Source of the DNA: an uncultured cyanobacterium
GTDB lineage: Bacteria > Cyanobacteriota > Cyanobacteriia > CAKZMO01
Assembly: GCA_963719515.1 (NCBI GenBank)
Contig: CAVRCJ010000005.1
Span: forward strand, 32,001-96,000
DNA: 64,000 nt
Direction: 5' to 3'
This document shows, one piece after another, positions 43,083 to 52,289 of this stretch (its first letter is position 1; each line of letters starts with the position of its first letter). Position numbers and translations under genes: made by a program. The notes beneath the pieces are model-generated. The model was not told the DNA's origin. It saw only the letters and a list, made by a program, of their open reading frames with translations, and did no database searches.

Positions 43083-43349
43083 AATCACTTGTCTTATTTG
43101 ATACTCCCTATGATGGCTAAAGGCATTGTTTTGTTCCCACAGAAGGCACATCTCGCGATTGAAGAAACTAGCCTGAACTTACGTTTCCCGGTAGTGCAAA
43201 GCTATTTTTCAGGGTTAACCACGGTTTTTGGAGACTGCTGAAGGGCAATAGCCTTGCGAATATCAGTACTTTCCGAAGCCTACGGGAGACTGACCTGTGC
43301 TGTGGAGGCGGGCAATGGCGCTTCGCTTTGCTTCGGGCGAGGACGATTT

Positions 43350-44138
43350 TCAGCGCAGTGGCCACCAAGAGACCTTATCTCTCGTCGTTCCATAGACCGC
43401 CTTCATGCCTTCTGGATCGCACACCTGCAGCCAATCTGTTGACTCGGATTTGGAACTCGCTTTAAGCAGCCCCACTTTGATCATGCCCTTCAGCACCTGC
43501 TCCACCGTGCGGTGGTTGAGCTGGCAGGCCTTGGCAATCACGCCGATGGGCAAGTCGAAGCAAAACAGCCCCTCCTCATCGGGCTGACTCCCAAGCGATC
43601 GCTCCTGGTAGATTAGCGCCCTCAGCAGCGCCGCTACGGCTTGGGGCGGATAGGTGCTGCAGTTAAGCAGGTGGTAGCGAAACTTTTCCCGCAGCTCAAA
43701 CAGCAGGCTGTAGCGAGACTGGAACTCTGGGCTGCTTTGGTGCAAAGCCTGAACCGTCGCCTGGGGAATTTTGACGACGTCGGTGGTCTTATAGGCTTCT
43801 ACTAAGCTGGGAAACCCGTGGCAAACCTGGCCGTAGCCTAGGCCCAAGCTCAGCATGCCAAAGCAGCCCCCTGGGTAAGACATGGCGATCACGCGGTCTA
43901 GCGGCGCGCTGCGAACAACGACGGGGCCGCCTTGCAAAATGATGTAGAGGCTGTCTGGCGGAGCCTCAGGGAGATGGGCGGTGTAGATGGGTCGATTGGA
44001 GTAAAGCTTTTCTAGCGGACAGGCATCTGACTGTAGCTGCTGGGCCAACTCAGCAGGGTCCCACCCCCTGAACAAAAAACAGCGTTGAGTCAGGGCCGTA
44101 ACCCAGTCCGGGGCGGCTGGCGTTGGATTCTGAGGCAT
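43350..44138 (-). CDS. Crp/Fnr-family transcriptional regulator (divergent cNMP-binding domain plus HTH)
   Basis: LYIILQGG..V and PGGCFG beta-roll; C-terminal IAKACQLNHRTVEQVLKGM HTH. Confidence 0.75.
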   Translation of the reverse strand: MPQNPTPAAPDWVTALTQRCFLFRGWDPAELAQQLQSDACPLEKLYSNRPIYTAHLPEAPPDSLYIILQGGPVVVRSAPLDRVIAMSYPGGCFGMLSLGLGYGQVCHGFPSLVEAYKTTDVVKIPQATVQALHQSSPEFQSRYSLLFELREKFRYHLLNCSTYPPQAVAALLRALIYQERSLGSQPDEEGLFCFDLPIGVIAKACQLNHRTVEQVLKGMIKVGLLKASSKSESTDWLQVCDPEGMKAVYGTTRDKVSWWPLR

Positions 44139-44290
44139 GGCTGGGTTTACAGGTCTATCTTCCTATTCTGTCACGCATCTACTTCAATCAAGTTTGTTTT
44201 GAGTATGAATCTCAAAACATTTGCAGATCGATTTCAAATTTTTGCTTTATGATGTGAGGCAGCTCAGATGTCTTAATCCACGTTTCGAGG

Positions 44291-46207
44291 ATGCTATCTA
44301 TGCGGACATGGCGACTATTTGACCGGCGATCGCACTCTCAAAAGTATCTGCTTCTGGGAGGATTCTTAGGTCTTGGCCTCGCTATCAGCCTGGGTAATGC
44401 CCCGGTATTTGGCGAGAATTTGGGAATGGCGAGCCCGCTATCCTGGCAGGCCTGGCTCGCGATCGCCGTTACTCTAGCCGCCTTCTGCGGCAATGCCTTC
44501 ACCAGCCTCCCCGCCGATATTGTCTTCTTGGGAGCGGCGGCAGTGCTGTTTCTAAGCGGCGTTCTAGACGAGAAAGCGGCGCTGGCAGGGTTCAGCAACT
44601 CCGGCATGATTACGGTCGGCGTACTCTACATTGTGGTGACGGGCCTGCAGCAGACCGGGGCGCTGCAGTGGGTATCGCAGCAGGTGCTGGGGATGCCCAA
44701 AACCCCCAGCCGGGCGATGGTGCGGCTGATGCTGCCGGTGATGGGGGCGAGCGCTTTCCTCAACAACACACCGGTGGTGGCCATGTTCATTCCCGTGGTG
44801 AATGACTGGTGCCGCAAACTGCGCTTTAGCCCCTCTAAGCTGATGATTCCCCTGAGCTACGCGGCGATTTTCGGCGGGCTGTGCTCCTTGATCGGCACCA
44901 GCACTAACCTAGTGGTGAACGGTCTTTTGATCGATGCCACTGGCGGCAGCGGGCTGAAGATGTTTGACATTGCCTGGGTGGGCCTGCCCTGTGGCCTAGC
45001 CGGATTCCTGTTCTTATTTGTGACGCAGCGATGGCTGTTGCCCGACCGCCAGGCGGCCCTCAGCACCAGCGACGCCCTGCGGGAATACACAGTGGAAATG
45101 AGGGTAGAACCCAATAGTCCTTTGGTGGGCAAAACCGTCGAAAAGGCCGGACTTCGCCACCTGCCCGACCTCTACCTCGCTGAAATTTGCCGGGGAACGC
45201 GGGTAATGCCAGCGGTGGGCCCCCAAGAGCCGCTTCAAGGCAACGACCTGCTGCGATTTGTGGGGGTCATCGACTCTATTTTGGACCTGCAGCGCATCCG
45301 GGGACTGCAGCCTGCCACAAACCAGCGCTCTAAGCTGGAGGGCTCTTCTGAAGAGCGCACGTTGATTGAGGCCGTCGTCTCCAATACCTGCCCGCTGATC
45401 GGGCAGACCATCCGCGAGGGGCAATTTCGGACGCAGTACAACGCGGTGGTGGTGGCGGCGGCCCGCAACGGCGATCGCCTCACGGGCAAGATTGGCGATA
45501 TTCGCCTGCGGGCGGGGGATACGCTGCTGCTGGAAGCTTCTCCCAACTTTGTGGGTGAGCGGCGCATCTCGCGAGACTTTTATCTGGTGAGCGGCGTCCC
45601 CAATTCTGAACCCATTCGCCACGAGCGATCGCGCGTGGCCTTTGGCCTGACGCTGGCGATGGTGCTGCTGGCGGCGGTGGGCTGGTTGAGTATGCTGCAG
45701 GCGGCGGTGCTCGCCGCCGTGGGCATGATTGCGCTGGGGTGCTGCTCTCCGGCTCAAGCGATGCGCAGCATTGACTGGTCGGTGCTGCTGGTGATTGCCG
45801 GGGCGCTGGCCCTGGGGCAAGGGCTGGAGGTGACGGGGGCGGCGGAGGCGATCGCCACGGGCGTGATTGGCGTGGCGGGCCGCAATCCCTGGCTGGCGCT
45901 GGTGGCGGTGTATGCCGTTACTTCGGTGCTCACTGAGATCATCACCAATAACGCCGCTGCTGCGCTAATTTTTCCCATTGCGTTCTCCCTATCCAGTCAG
46001 CTCGGCGTCAGCTACCTGCCGTTTGTCGTCGGCATTATGGTGGGTGCTTCGGCGAGCTTCGCCACTCCTATCGGCTACCAAACGAACCTGATGGTGTGCG
46101 GGCCGGGGGGCTATAAGTTCGCTGACTTTTTACGGGTGGGGGTGCCGCTGAATCTGCTGTACGGCATCGTCACGGTGGCGATCGCGCCTTTGATCTACCC
46201 CTTCTAG
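44291..46207 (+). CDS. SLC13/DASS family permease with two TrkA-C domains (putative Na+/sulfate or dicarboxylate transporter)
   Basis: SAFLNNTPVV, SLIGTSTNLVV, SPLVGKT and PLIGQTIRE TrkA-C starts, ITNNAAAAL and TPIGYQTNLMV. Confidence 0.92.
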   Translation: MLSMRTWRLFDRRSHSQKYLLLGGFLGLGLAISLGNAPVFGENLGMASPLSWQAWLAIAVTLAAFCGNAFTSLPADIVFLGAAAVLFLSGVLDEKAALAGFSNSGMITVGVLYIVVTGLQQTGALQWVSQQVLGMPKTPSRAMVRLMLPVMGASAFLNNTPVVAMFIPVVNDWCRKLRFSPSKLMIPLSYAAIFGGLCSLIGTSTNLVVNGLLIDATGGSGLKMFDIAWVGLPCGLAGFLFLFVTQRWLLPDRQAALSTSDALREYTVEMRVEPNSPLVGKTVEKAGLRHLPDLYLAEICRGTRVMPAVGPQEPLQGNDLLRFVGVIDSILDLQRIRGLQPATNQRSKLEGSSEERTLIEAVVSNTCPLIGQTIREGQFRTQYNAVVVAAARNGDRLTGKIGDIRLRAGDTLLLEASPNFVGERRISRDFYLVSGVPNSEPIRHERSRVAFGLTLAMVLLAAVGWLSMLQAAVLAAVGMIALGCCSPAQAMRSIDWSVLLVIAGALALGQGLEVTGAAEAIATGVIGVAGRNPWLALVAVYAVTSVLTEIITNNAAAALIFPIAFSLSSQLGVSYLPFVVGIMVGASASFATPIGYQTNLMVCGPGGYKFADFLRVGVPLNLLYGIVTVAIAPLIYPF

Positions 46208-46408
46208 GTCTGTTTCTGTTATTGGAGGGGCAAAGACGATGATGAAGGTGGCGTTGGGAATGAGGCGGCGCAGAACTCGGAGGTGGGCGTCGGCGTCGTT
46301 GCGTTTGCGGAAGCGGGCGACGGTGATGCGCTGGGCTTTGGGCAGCAGGCGAATGATGCACCAGGGGTGGAGCTGCTGACGGTAGGCGCTGGGGATGGGA
46401 TGGGTCAC
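46130..46408 (-). CDS. Conserved small cyanobacterial protein (LHPWCIIRLLP...RFRxRNDA type)
   Basis: GGAG RBS before a GTG start; recognisable motif; its 3' end overlaps the convergent SLC13 gene. Confidence 0.7.
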   Translation of the reverse strand: MTHPIPSAYRQQLHPWCIIRLLPKAQRITVARFRKRNDADAHLRVLRRLIPNATFIIVFAPPITETDLEGVDQRRDRHRDDAVQQIQRHPHP

Positions 46409-46527
46409 CTGTAGTCTCCTTGGGCTAAGGTAGTGGCGCTACTCTAGCGGGGGAGGTTGGGGAGAAGACAGGTCACGGTGATATTGACTTTTTGGTGGGG
46501 TTGAGGCATGGAATTGCACCCACCCTG

Positions 46528-47035
46528 TTAGCCCCTCCCGGAAGGGGAAGCATTTTGGCTGGGGCAGAGGGCGTTTTGGAGTTCTGGAGGAATTTGGCTG
46601 TGGTGGCGGAGGAGGAAGTCCATGAGGGCGAGGTGGCGCAGGTCTTGGGTGGTGGGCTGGTGGTTTTGGCGGAACCAGCGGCGGACGGTTGAGACGGAGC
46701 GGCTGCAGATGAGGGCGATGTCTTCTTGGCTGACTTGCCAGGTGGCGTAGAAGGTCTGAGGGGTCATGGCTTAGTGGTGCAGAGAACTCCTGAAAGCATT
46801 GGTACTAAAGGATTTCGCCGAAAACGACAATTTCCGCAGTTCAGGGCAAATTGAGGCAATTCCCCACGTATTTGCGTGGTTTGAGAGTACGTATCTGAGC
46901 TTTTCCAGCCTTTCTATGAGAATCAATACTCTCTGGCCGAGATTTCTGCACCACCAAGGGGGTCATGGTGAGCTGGCAGTGTGCGTAGTGCTGGATGAGC
47001 TGCTTTTGGATTGGGGTGAGGGGGTGGGGTGACAT
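46528..47035 (-). pseudogene. HTH-domain gene interrupted by a MITE
   Basis: Removing 46770-46958 plus one TSD copy restores MSPHPLTPIQKQLIQHYAHCQLT-MTPQTFYATWQVSQEDIALICSRSVSTVRRWF in one frame. Confidence 0.85.
46770..46958. mobile_element. 189-bp MITE with terminal inverted repeats and 10-bp target-site duplication
   Basis: TIRs cttagtggtgcaga and tctgcaccaccaag; TSD ggggtcatgg at 46760-46769 and 46959-46968. Confidence 0.9.
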
Positions 47036-47078
47036 GGTGATTGGCGTAGACACGTTAGAATAGCTGCCTCAGACAATA

Positions 47079-47104
47079 TAAGGCAATTGCCTTAATAAGG
47101 CAAT
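47079..47104. promoter_or_regulatory. Candidate operator between divergent HTH and RHH genes
   Basis: Perfect 16-bp palindrome taaggcaattgcctta overlapping a second inverted repeat attgcctta-a-taaggcaat. Confidence 0.55.
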
Positions 47105-47168
47105 ATCTCTAGATTTAAGTTGCGGGTTTAGGGAATATAGGGAAGTTGCCTCTTAATCCTTCAAGCGA

Positions 47169-47366
47169 GTGCCCAAACCAGCCAAACCACAGATTCGGGT
47201 TTACCTCAGCGAAGAGACCGATCGATTGCTCAAGGCGATCGCGGGGATTAAGGGATCTTCAGTGAATGCGATCGCGAACGAAGCGATCGAGGAGTGGTTA
47301 GAAAACCCAGCGCAGAAAGAAATCGTTAAGAAATTTAATCTTGCTCAACTGGATGAGATTCAATAG
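47169..47366 (+). CDS. Ribbon-helix-helix DNA-binding protein
   Basis: QIRVYLSEETDRLLKAIAGIKGSSVNAIANEAIEEWL. Confidence 0.8.
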   Translation: MPKPAKPQIRVYLSEETDRLLKAIAGIKGSSVNAIANEAIEEWLENPAQKEIVKKFNLAQLDEIQ

Positions 47367-47778
47367 CGGTGTTGGCTTTCCCGCAGCGATTAGAACGGCC
47401 GAAATTGAGTTGTCGGCGCTGCAATGAAGTTGCGCCACTTAAAGCTCAGTTATTGAGGCTGTTGCTAGATTTGCAAGCGCGTCACTGGTTTTGCGGCTAT
47501 AGAATTAGGGCGATCGCAGTGGACATCTCTGTGGAGACAGTAATCAATTGGGAGACAGGGTAATAGAGGCGAAACTGACGCTGACGCGGGTGAAGGCGGT
47601 GTGTCAGGTTTTGCAGTGGGTAATTGAGGATGTGCCTGATGAGCTGGGGCTTGCAACTTATGCTTTGTACATAGCTTAGAACTCAAACGTTGCTAGAGGT
47701 TGGGCTTATGCAAGGAAAAATTATGGCGATAGCGGGTTCATAAGTACTAAGGTCACCGATCTTTTGCCCGATTAGAAT

Positions 47779-48216
47779 ATGAAGATGAGTTTTGGAAGCA
47801 AAGAAATGATGAAGGGATTTCAAGATCTACCGTGGTGGGCAAAGGCAACATTTGTATTTGTTTTAATAGTTGTTGGTGGTTTTAGTTATGAAACCTTATA
47901 CGATGGTTTTTTAGTGGCTCAGAGCGGAAACAATCAAGCTTCTGATAGTGCTGACTTAAACCAAGTAGAAGTAACCGTTCTTGACCGAAGCACATCTCAA
48001 CCCATTGAAAGTGTGGAACTACAAATTGTATTTGAAGGCCCTCCCGTCCTGAAGCGAACTGATAGGAACGGATACGTTGAGATAAAAATTCCGGCTAGAG
48101 ATAGTGTTCAGCTAACGCTGACACATGGAAACTATGAAACGGCCACAGAGACTATAAACTTAAGAACAGATTCGAACACAACCAGGATTTTATACTTGGA
48201 CTCATTAAACCCGTAA
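47779..48216 (+). CDS. Membrane-anchored protein with carboxypeptidase-regulatory-like (prealbumin) beta domain
   Basis: One TM helix, then VTVLDRSTSQPIESV..TDRNGY..LTHGNYET; low GC. Confidence 0.65.
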   Translation: MKMSFGSKEMMKGFQDLPWWAKATFVFVLIVVGGFSYETLYDGFLVAQSGNNQASDSADLNQVEVTVLDRSTSQPIESVELQIVFEGPPVLKRTDRNGYVEIKIPARDSVQLTLTHGNYETATETINLRTDSNTTRILYLDSLNP

Positions 48217-48288
48217 TGTTCTTGCACACATGCTAATCGGCAGAAAAGGAATTGATTCTTGATTGCTAAAGCTGAAAGGGAGATCTGA

Positions 48289-49074
48289 ATGAATCTTAAT
48301 TTTTTGGGGATACTTATTGTACTTTTTGTGTGTGCATTACTTGCTTCAAATATCGTCATATTAAACAGTCGTAGTTCTATAGTTTCAGATTATGATTTCT
48401 GGAAGGATATTGGGGAAAGATTTAAGTTCTTCTTAATGCTAGCAGCTCTCTGCGCGTGCGGCTATCTGGCATGGAATACATTTTTTTATATTGTACTCGC
48501 ACTACTTTTCGGTGGTGTTGCTTTTGCAATGATTCCCTTGTACAACTATTCTCAAGGCAAACTATCCTCGCTGCGTTACCTTGCCGAACCAGAGTTAGAA
48601 GACTCTATAAGCACAGCTATAAGAGCCAAGCAGATACTTGAGAAGTTCTATCAAGAATATCCAGAAATTGCTTCTCTAGAAAGTTCTGGATCTTTATTTG
48701 GCAGCTTTAATGAAGAACTACGTACGGCAAGGGCAGTCTACGAAAGGGTTCAGCAACAACGTCAGGATAAGGAGTCGTACTACTCGGATGAGAGGCGAAG
48801 AAATGGTCTGCACTATGGTGCTCCTTTAGAAAACGGTAGATGTCCAACAGGTTATCCGATAACGGCAACACGATTACCGCCCGGAAATACGTGTAAAGGT
48901 ATTTATCATTGTGAAGGGGACAGAGGGTATGGGGCTGAAAGAACGTACTGGTGTTTTAAGTGCGTAGAGCACGCTGAAAGAGATGGTTTTCGTCCACCAC
49001 GACACAAGGATGAACATCATCAAAAGAGATATCCCAACAAAGCCCCTTGTGAACAGGGGCAGGAGTTCCAATAA
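48289..49074 (+). CDS. Membrane protein with C-terminal Cys/His-rich domain (Ada metal-binding-like)
   Basis: Three TM helices; CPTGYPI..KGIYHCEG..Y....WCFKCVEHAERDGFRPP; low GC. Confidence 0.6.
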   Translation: MNLNFLGILIVLFVCALLASNIVILNSRSSIVSDYDFWKDIGERFKFFLMLAALCACGYLAWNTFFYIVLALLFGGVAFAMIPLYNYSQGKLSSLRYLAEPELEDSISTAIRAKQILEKFYQEYPEIASLESSGSLFGSFNEELRTARAVYERVQQQRQDKESYYSDERRRNGLHYGAPLENGRCPTGYPITATRLPPGNTCKGIYHCEGDRGYGAERTYWCFKCVEHAERDGFRPPRHKDEHHQKRYPNKAPCEQGQEFQ

Positions 49075-49212
49075 GAGACTCACTCGCTTTGTTTCATCGA
49101 GAAGCTGAGGTCTGACTAGAGCTTTTAAGTCAAATAGATAACCTAATACCAATTCCATATGTGGTTGCACATATTGGAGACCCCCTGCCGTCCCCCTTGC
49201 TAAGGGGGACGG

Positions 49213-50369
49213 CAGGGTTGATTCAATGTGAGGGGATGAAAGCTAGGATAGAGGTTAGCTAGAAACGAGGATGCTGACATGACGCTTATCGAAGCCCTTC
49301 AGAGTGTTCCCGACTACCGCTGTGCCAGAGGGAAACGACATCCACTGTGGATAATTCTGGTAATGATCGTGATGGGGAACTTAGCGGGCTATCGGGGTAA
49401 TCGCCCGTTAGAAGAATTTGCCAAGCGCTATGGGGCTGATGTCGCTCGGCTGTTGGAGATTAACCCAAAAGCGATGCCCTCCTACTCGACCTTCAGGCGA
49501 ACCCATATCGGGCTTGACTTTGAGGCGCTGAGCAAGGTCTTTCGCGAGTGGATGAGTCAGTACGCCAGCCCAGACAACGCTAGCTATGCTATTGATGGTA
49601 AGCGTATCAAGCAACCGATAGTCGGCGATGACGGCAAGACCCGCTTCGTGGGCCTGGTGAGTGTTTTTGCTCAGCAGCAAGGTATCACTGTCGATTTGGC
49701 AGCGTTGAAGGAGGGCGAAAATAGCGAACTTAAGGTGGTGCAGTACTTGCTTGAGAAGCTGAAGCTCAAGGGTGCTGTTCTCAGCCTGGATGCGTTGCAC
49801 GCGCAAAAAAACGCTCCGGCTCATCATTGATAGCGGCAACGACTACCTAGTTGCCGTCAAGGGCAACCAGAAGAGACTCTACGGGCAGCTTTCGGCTATT
49901 GCTGACCATAGGACTGAGCAACAGCCCAGTGCGATCACTGACGAGCAACAGCATGGACGGCATGAACGACGGCAGGTGCGCTTGTTCTCAGCAGCAGGCA
50001 TTGATACGAGGCAATGGCCTGGAGCAAAAACGGTGCTGTGTGTTGAGCGGCAGCAGACCCGCAAGGGTAAGTGCTCCACTCACAAGGCCTACTACCTGAC
50101 CTCGGTTGCCGCTACCGCAACAGCACAGCTCGAAGCAATACGTCGGCATTGGAGCATTGAGAATCAGCTGCACTGGCCTAAGGATATGGTGCTCAAAGAA
50201 GATGACAGCTACGGCAGAGAACCCAATGCTTTGCTGATCACATCGGTGTTTCGTTCGATTACTATCAATTTGTTGAGGCTGCAGGGCTTCAAGTCCCTCA
50301 CCTCCGCTCTACGAGAGCTTGCCAACCAAATTGAGCAAGTTTTTCAACTCTTACAATGAATCAGCCCTG
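49213..50369 (+). mobile_element. ISAs1-family insertion sequence
   Basis: IRs cagggttgattcaatgtgag and cttacaatgaatcagccctg; 10-bp TSD agggggacgg at 49203-49212 and 50370-50379. Confidence 0.93.
49279..50359 (+). CDS. ISAs1 DDE transposase split over two frames (-1 shift at A7 run 49805-49811)
   Basis: ORF1 has DYRCARGKRH, PSYSTF, AIDGK and DALHAQK. ORF2 has DYLVAVKGNQ, HGRHERR, RRHWSIENQLHW and EDDS. Confidence 0.9.
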
Positions 50370-50664
50370 AGGGGGACGGCGACAGCCGGGGGTGAGCCAT
50401 AATGTGCATCTTCATATCCCTTTGGTATAAGCTCGCTTTCAAGATTTGCAGCAGGCATTGTAAACCAGCTTTAGTTCTCGTACTAGAGACACTTGGAAAC
50501 ATAGAAATAGAATAGTAGGTACTCATACGATCCTACTAAATAAGCAGCGTTTATACTCAGTGGACAAACCAACGAACTTTTTAAAAACCAGCACTATTCA
50601 GAAGCATCGCTCTACGCCCTAGAGAGACAGAAAAAGTCCCTGACAGAGCGTTTACAGCGATCGC

Positions 50665-51303
50665 TCAGTTCTCAGCTCTATCAGGCTCGCGGCCCTCTAA
50701 AATCCCTACCAAAACTAAAAGCAACACCTCCGTCTCCTCCGGTACCCGATACAGCTTAAAATCCGCCACCACCCGCCGAGCCTGCCGCTCAAACAAACAA
50801 AACCGCCAATCCTGCCCCGTCGTCACAGCTCCGTACAAAACCGGCGTCTCCGATTCCGACCACTCATCCAGCGCAATCAGCTCCGTCGCCAGCTGCGTCA
50901 GCCCATTGTCCAAATTCTCCCGCTTGGCCTCAATCACCAACAGGTTCTCAGCCTGAAAGTAATAGTCAAACGTTCCCCGCAGCCAAGAGCTAACCACAAT
51001 GGGATACTCCACTCGCACCCGCTGCCGCGTCACCCGGCACACCTCTCGCACAACAGGCGCAATCAAAAATTCCCGTCGGGCCTGCTCGCTTGTAATCCCC
51101 ACATAACGAATCCCATCTTGAATCTGGGCCTGCACCTGCTCCAGACCCTCTAGCGGCAGCTTATACTGCGGCAAATCGAGCGTCGCCCGTTCAACCGAAC
51201 AGCCCAAATCCGCCAGGATGTCCTCAATGTCAAATGGTAGCTCGAAATATTTGCTGAAGCTGTAGGATTCCTCAGGCTTGAGAACCTTGGGGGTACGGGT
51301 CAT
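50665..51303 (-). CDS. Cyanobacterial PD-(D/E)XK-like protein (HsdR_N-like)
   Basis: SEQARREFLIAP, GTFDY, VIEAK and YGAVTTGQDWRF. Confidence 0.7.
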   Translation of the reverse strand: MTRTPKVLKPEESYSFSKYFELPFDIEDILADLGCSVERATLDLPQYKLPLEGLEQVQAQIQDGIRYVGITSEQARREFLIAPVVREVCRVTRQRVRVEYPIVVSSWLRGTFDYYFQAENLLVIEAKRENLDNGLTQLATELIALDEWSESETPVLYGAVTTGQDWRFCLFERQARRVVADFKLYRVPEETEVLLLVLVGILEGREPDRAEN

Positions 51304-51329
51304 AGGGAAAGCCTGCTCAATACCGTTGT

Positions 51330-51584
51330 TTATAAGTTATCTCGAATCCAGGCTCGAAGCGCACGCTTCGACGCCGTCTCCCCCTCCTCAGCGCAATCCC
51401 GCAAAAAGCGATAGAGCCGGTCTTTAGGCACAGCTGGGAAACTAGGGCTAGCGATCGCCTCCTGATAGCTGCCGCCTTGAATCTGGTAGATCGTCAGCTT
51501 TTGCCCGTTGTATCGCCAAAGCTCAGGGACGCCAAGCCGGGCATACAGCTCATTCTTATTGATGTCGGTATTTGGCTTGAGCAT
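51330..51584 (-). pseudogene. C-terminal fragment of a Uma2-family endonuclease
   Basis: YARLGVPELWRYNG..SPSFP is present; the N-terminal PD motif region is missing. Confidence 0.7.
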
Positions 51585-51678
51585 AACCGACTGCAGACTA
51601 AGCGCTGCAGAGCAAATAGCGGCCTCAGCCCAATCGAAGATAATGCTACGCTCAAGCTAGCCTCGTTGGGTAAAGACA

Positions 51679-52233
51679 ATGGTTACTACTCCCTCCAAAT
51701 TACTGAGCTTAGAGGAGTTCTTAGCGTCGCCCGACAGCGAGAACAGCGAACTCATAGACGGAGAGGCCATTCCCAAAGTGTCCCCAAAACGGTTTCACGC
51801 GGGTCTGCAAAAGTCGTTCATCAAGCTCATGGACGACTGGGCAGAATCGAGAGGACATTTCTATCCAGAGTGGGCAGTTGTCTTAGAGCGAAATGGAAAG
51901 CCGTGGGTTCCCATTCCAGACTTGACCTACGTCGCCTTTGAAAGGCTCGCAGCAGACTGGCTAGAGGACGGTCCTTGCCCAGTACCGCCCAATTTGGCAA
52001 TCGAGATTATTTCACCAGATCAAACCTTTGGAGCGATGGTCTCTAAAGCTTCTGACTACATCGCAGCAGGGGTATTGAGGGTTTGGGTAATCGATTCTCG
52101 GGCCCGCACGTTTACCGTCTTTGCCCCAAGTAAAGTTCCAATCACCTATCGCGGTGATCAAGTCGTCAAGGACAGCCTATTCTCCGATCTGGCGCTAAGC
52201 GTCGAACTTATACTTAGTAAAGCCGGTTTGTAG
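51679..52233 (+). CDS. Uma2-family (PDDEXK) endonuclease
   Basis: ELIDGE, IPDLTY, PPNLAIEIISP and YIAAGVLRVWVID. Confidence 0.92.
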   Translation: MVTTPSKLLSLEEFLASPDSENSELIDGEAIPKVSPKRFHAGLQKSFIKLMDDWAESRGHFYPEWAVVLERNGKPWVPIPDLTYVAFERLAADWLEDGPCPVPPNLAIEIISPDQTFGAMVSKASDYIAAGVLRVWVIDSRARTFTVFAPSKVPITYRGDQVVKDSLFSDLALSVELILSKAGL

Positions 52234-52234
52234 G

Positions 52235-52267
52235 AGAAGCCGGGGACCTTCAAGATCCCCGGCTTCT
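52235..52267. terminator. Hairpin between convergent uma2 and chlB
   Basis: agaagccgggga-ccttcaaga-tccccggcttct. Confidence 0.6.
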
Positions 52268-52289
52268 AAGACTCAATCCGTCAGAGCAA

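Larger units (their letters stand above)
49145..50430. repeat. Palindromic MITE-like repeat (about 120 bp when empty) split by the ISAs1 insertion
   Basis: Imperfect terminal IR ataccaattccatatgtggttgcacatattgg / ccataatgtgcatcttcatatccctttggtat with an internal gccgtcccccttgctaagggggacggc hairpin. Confidence 0.65.
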
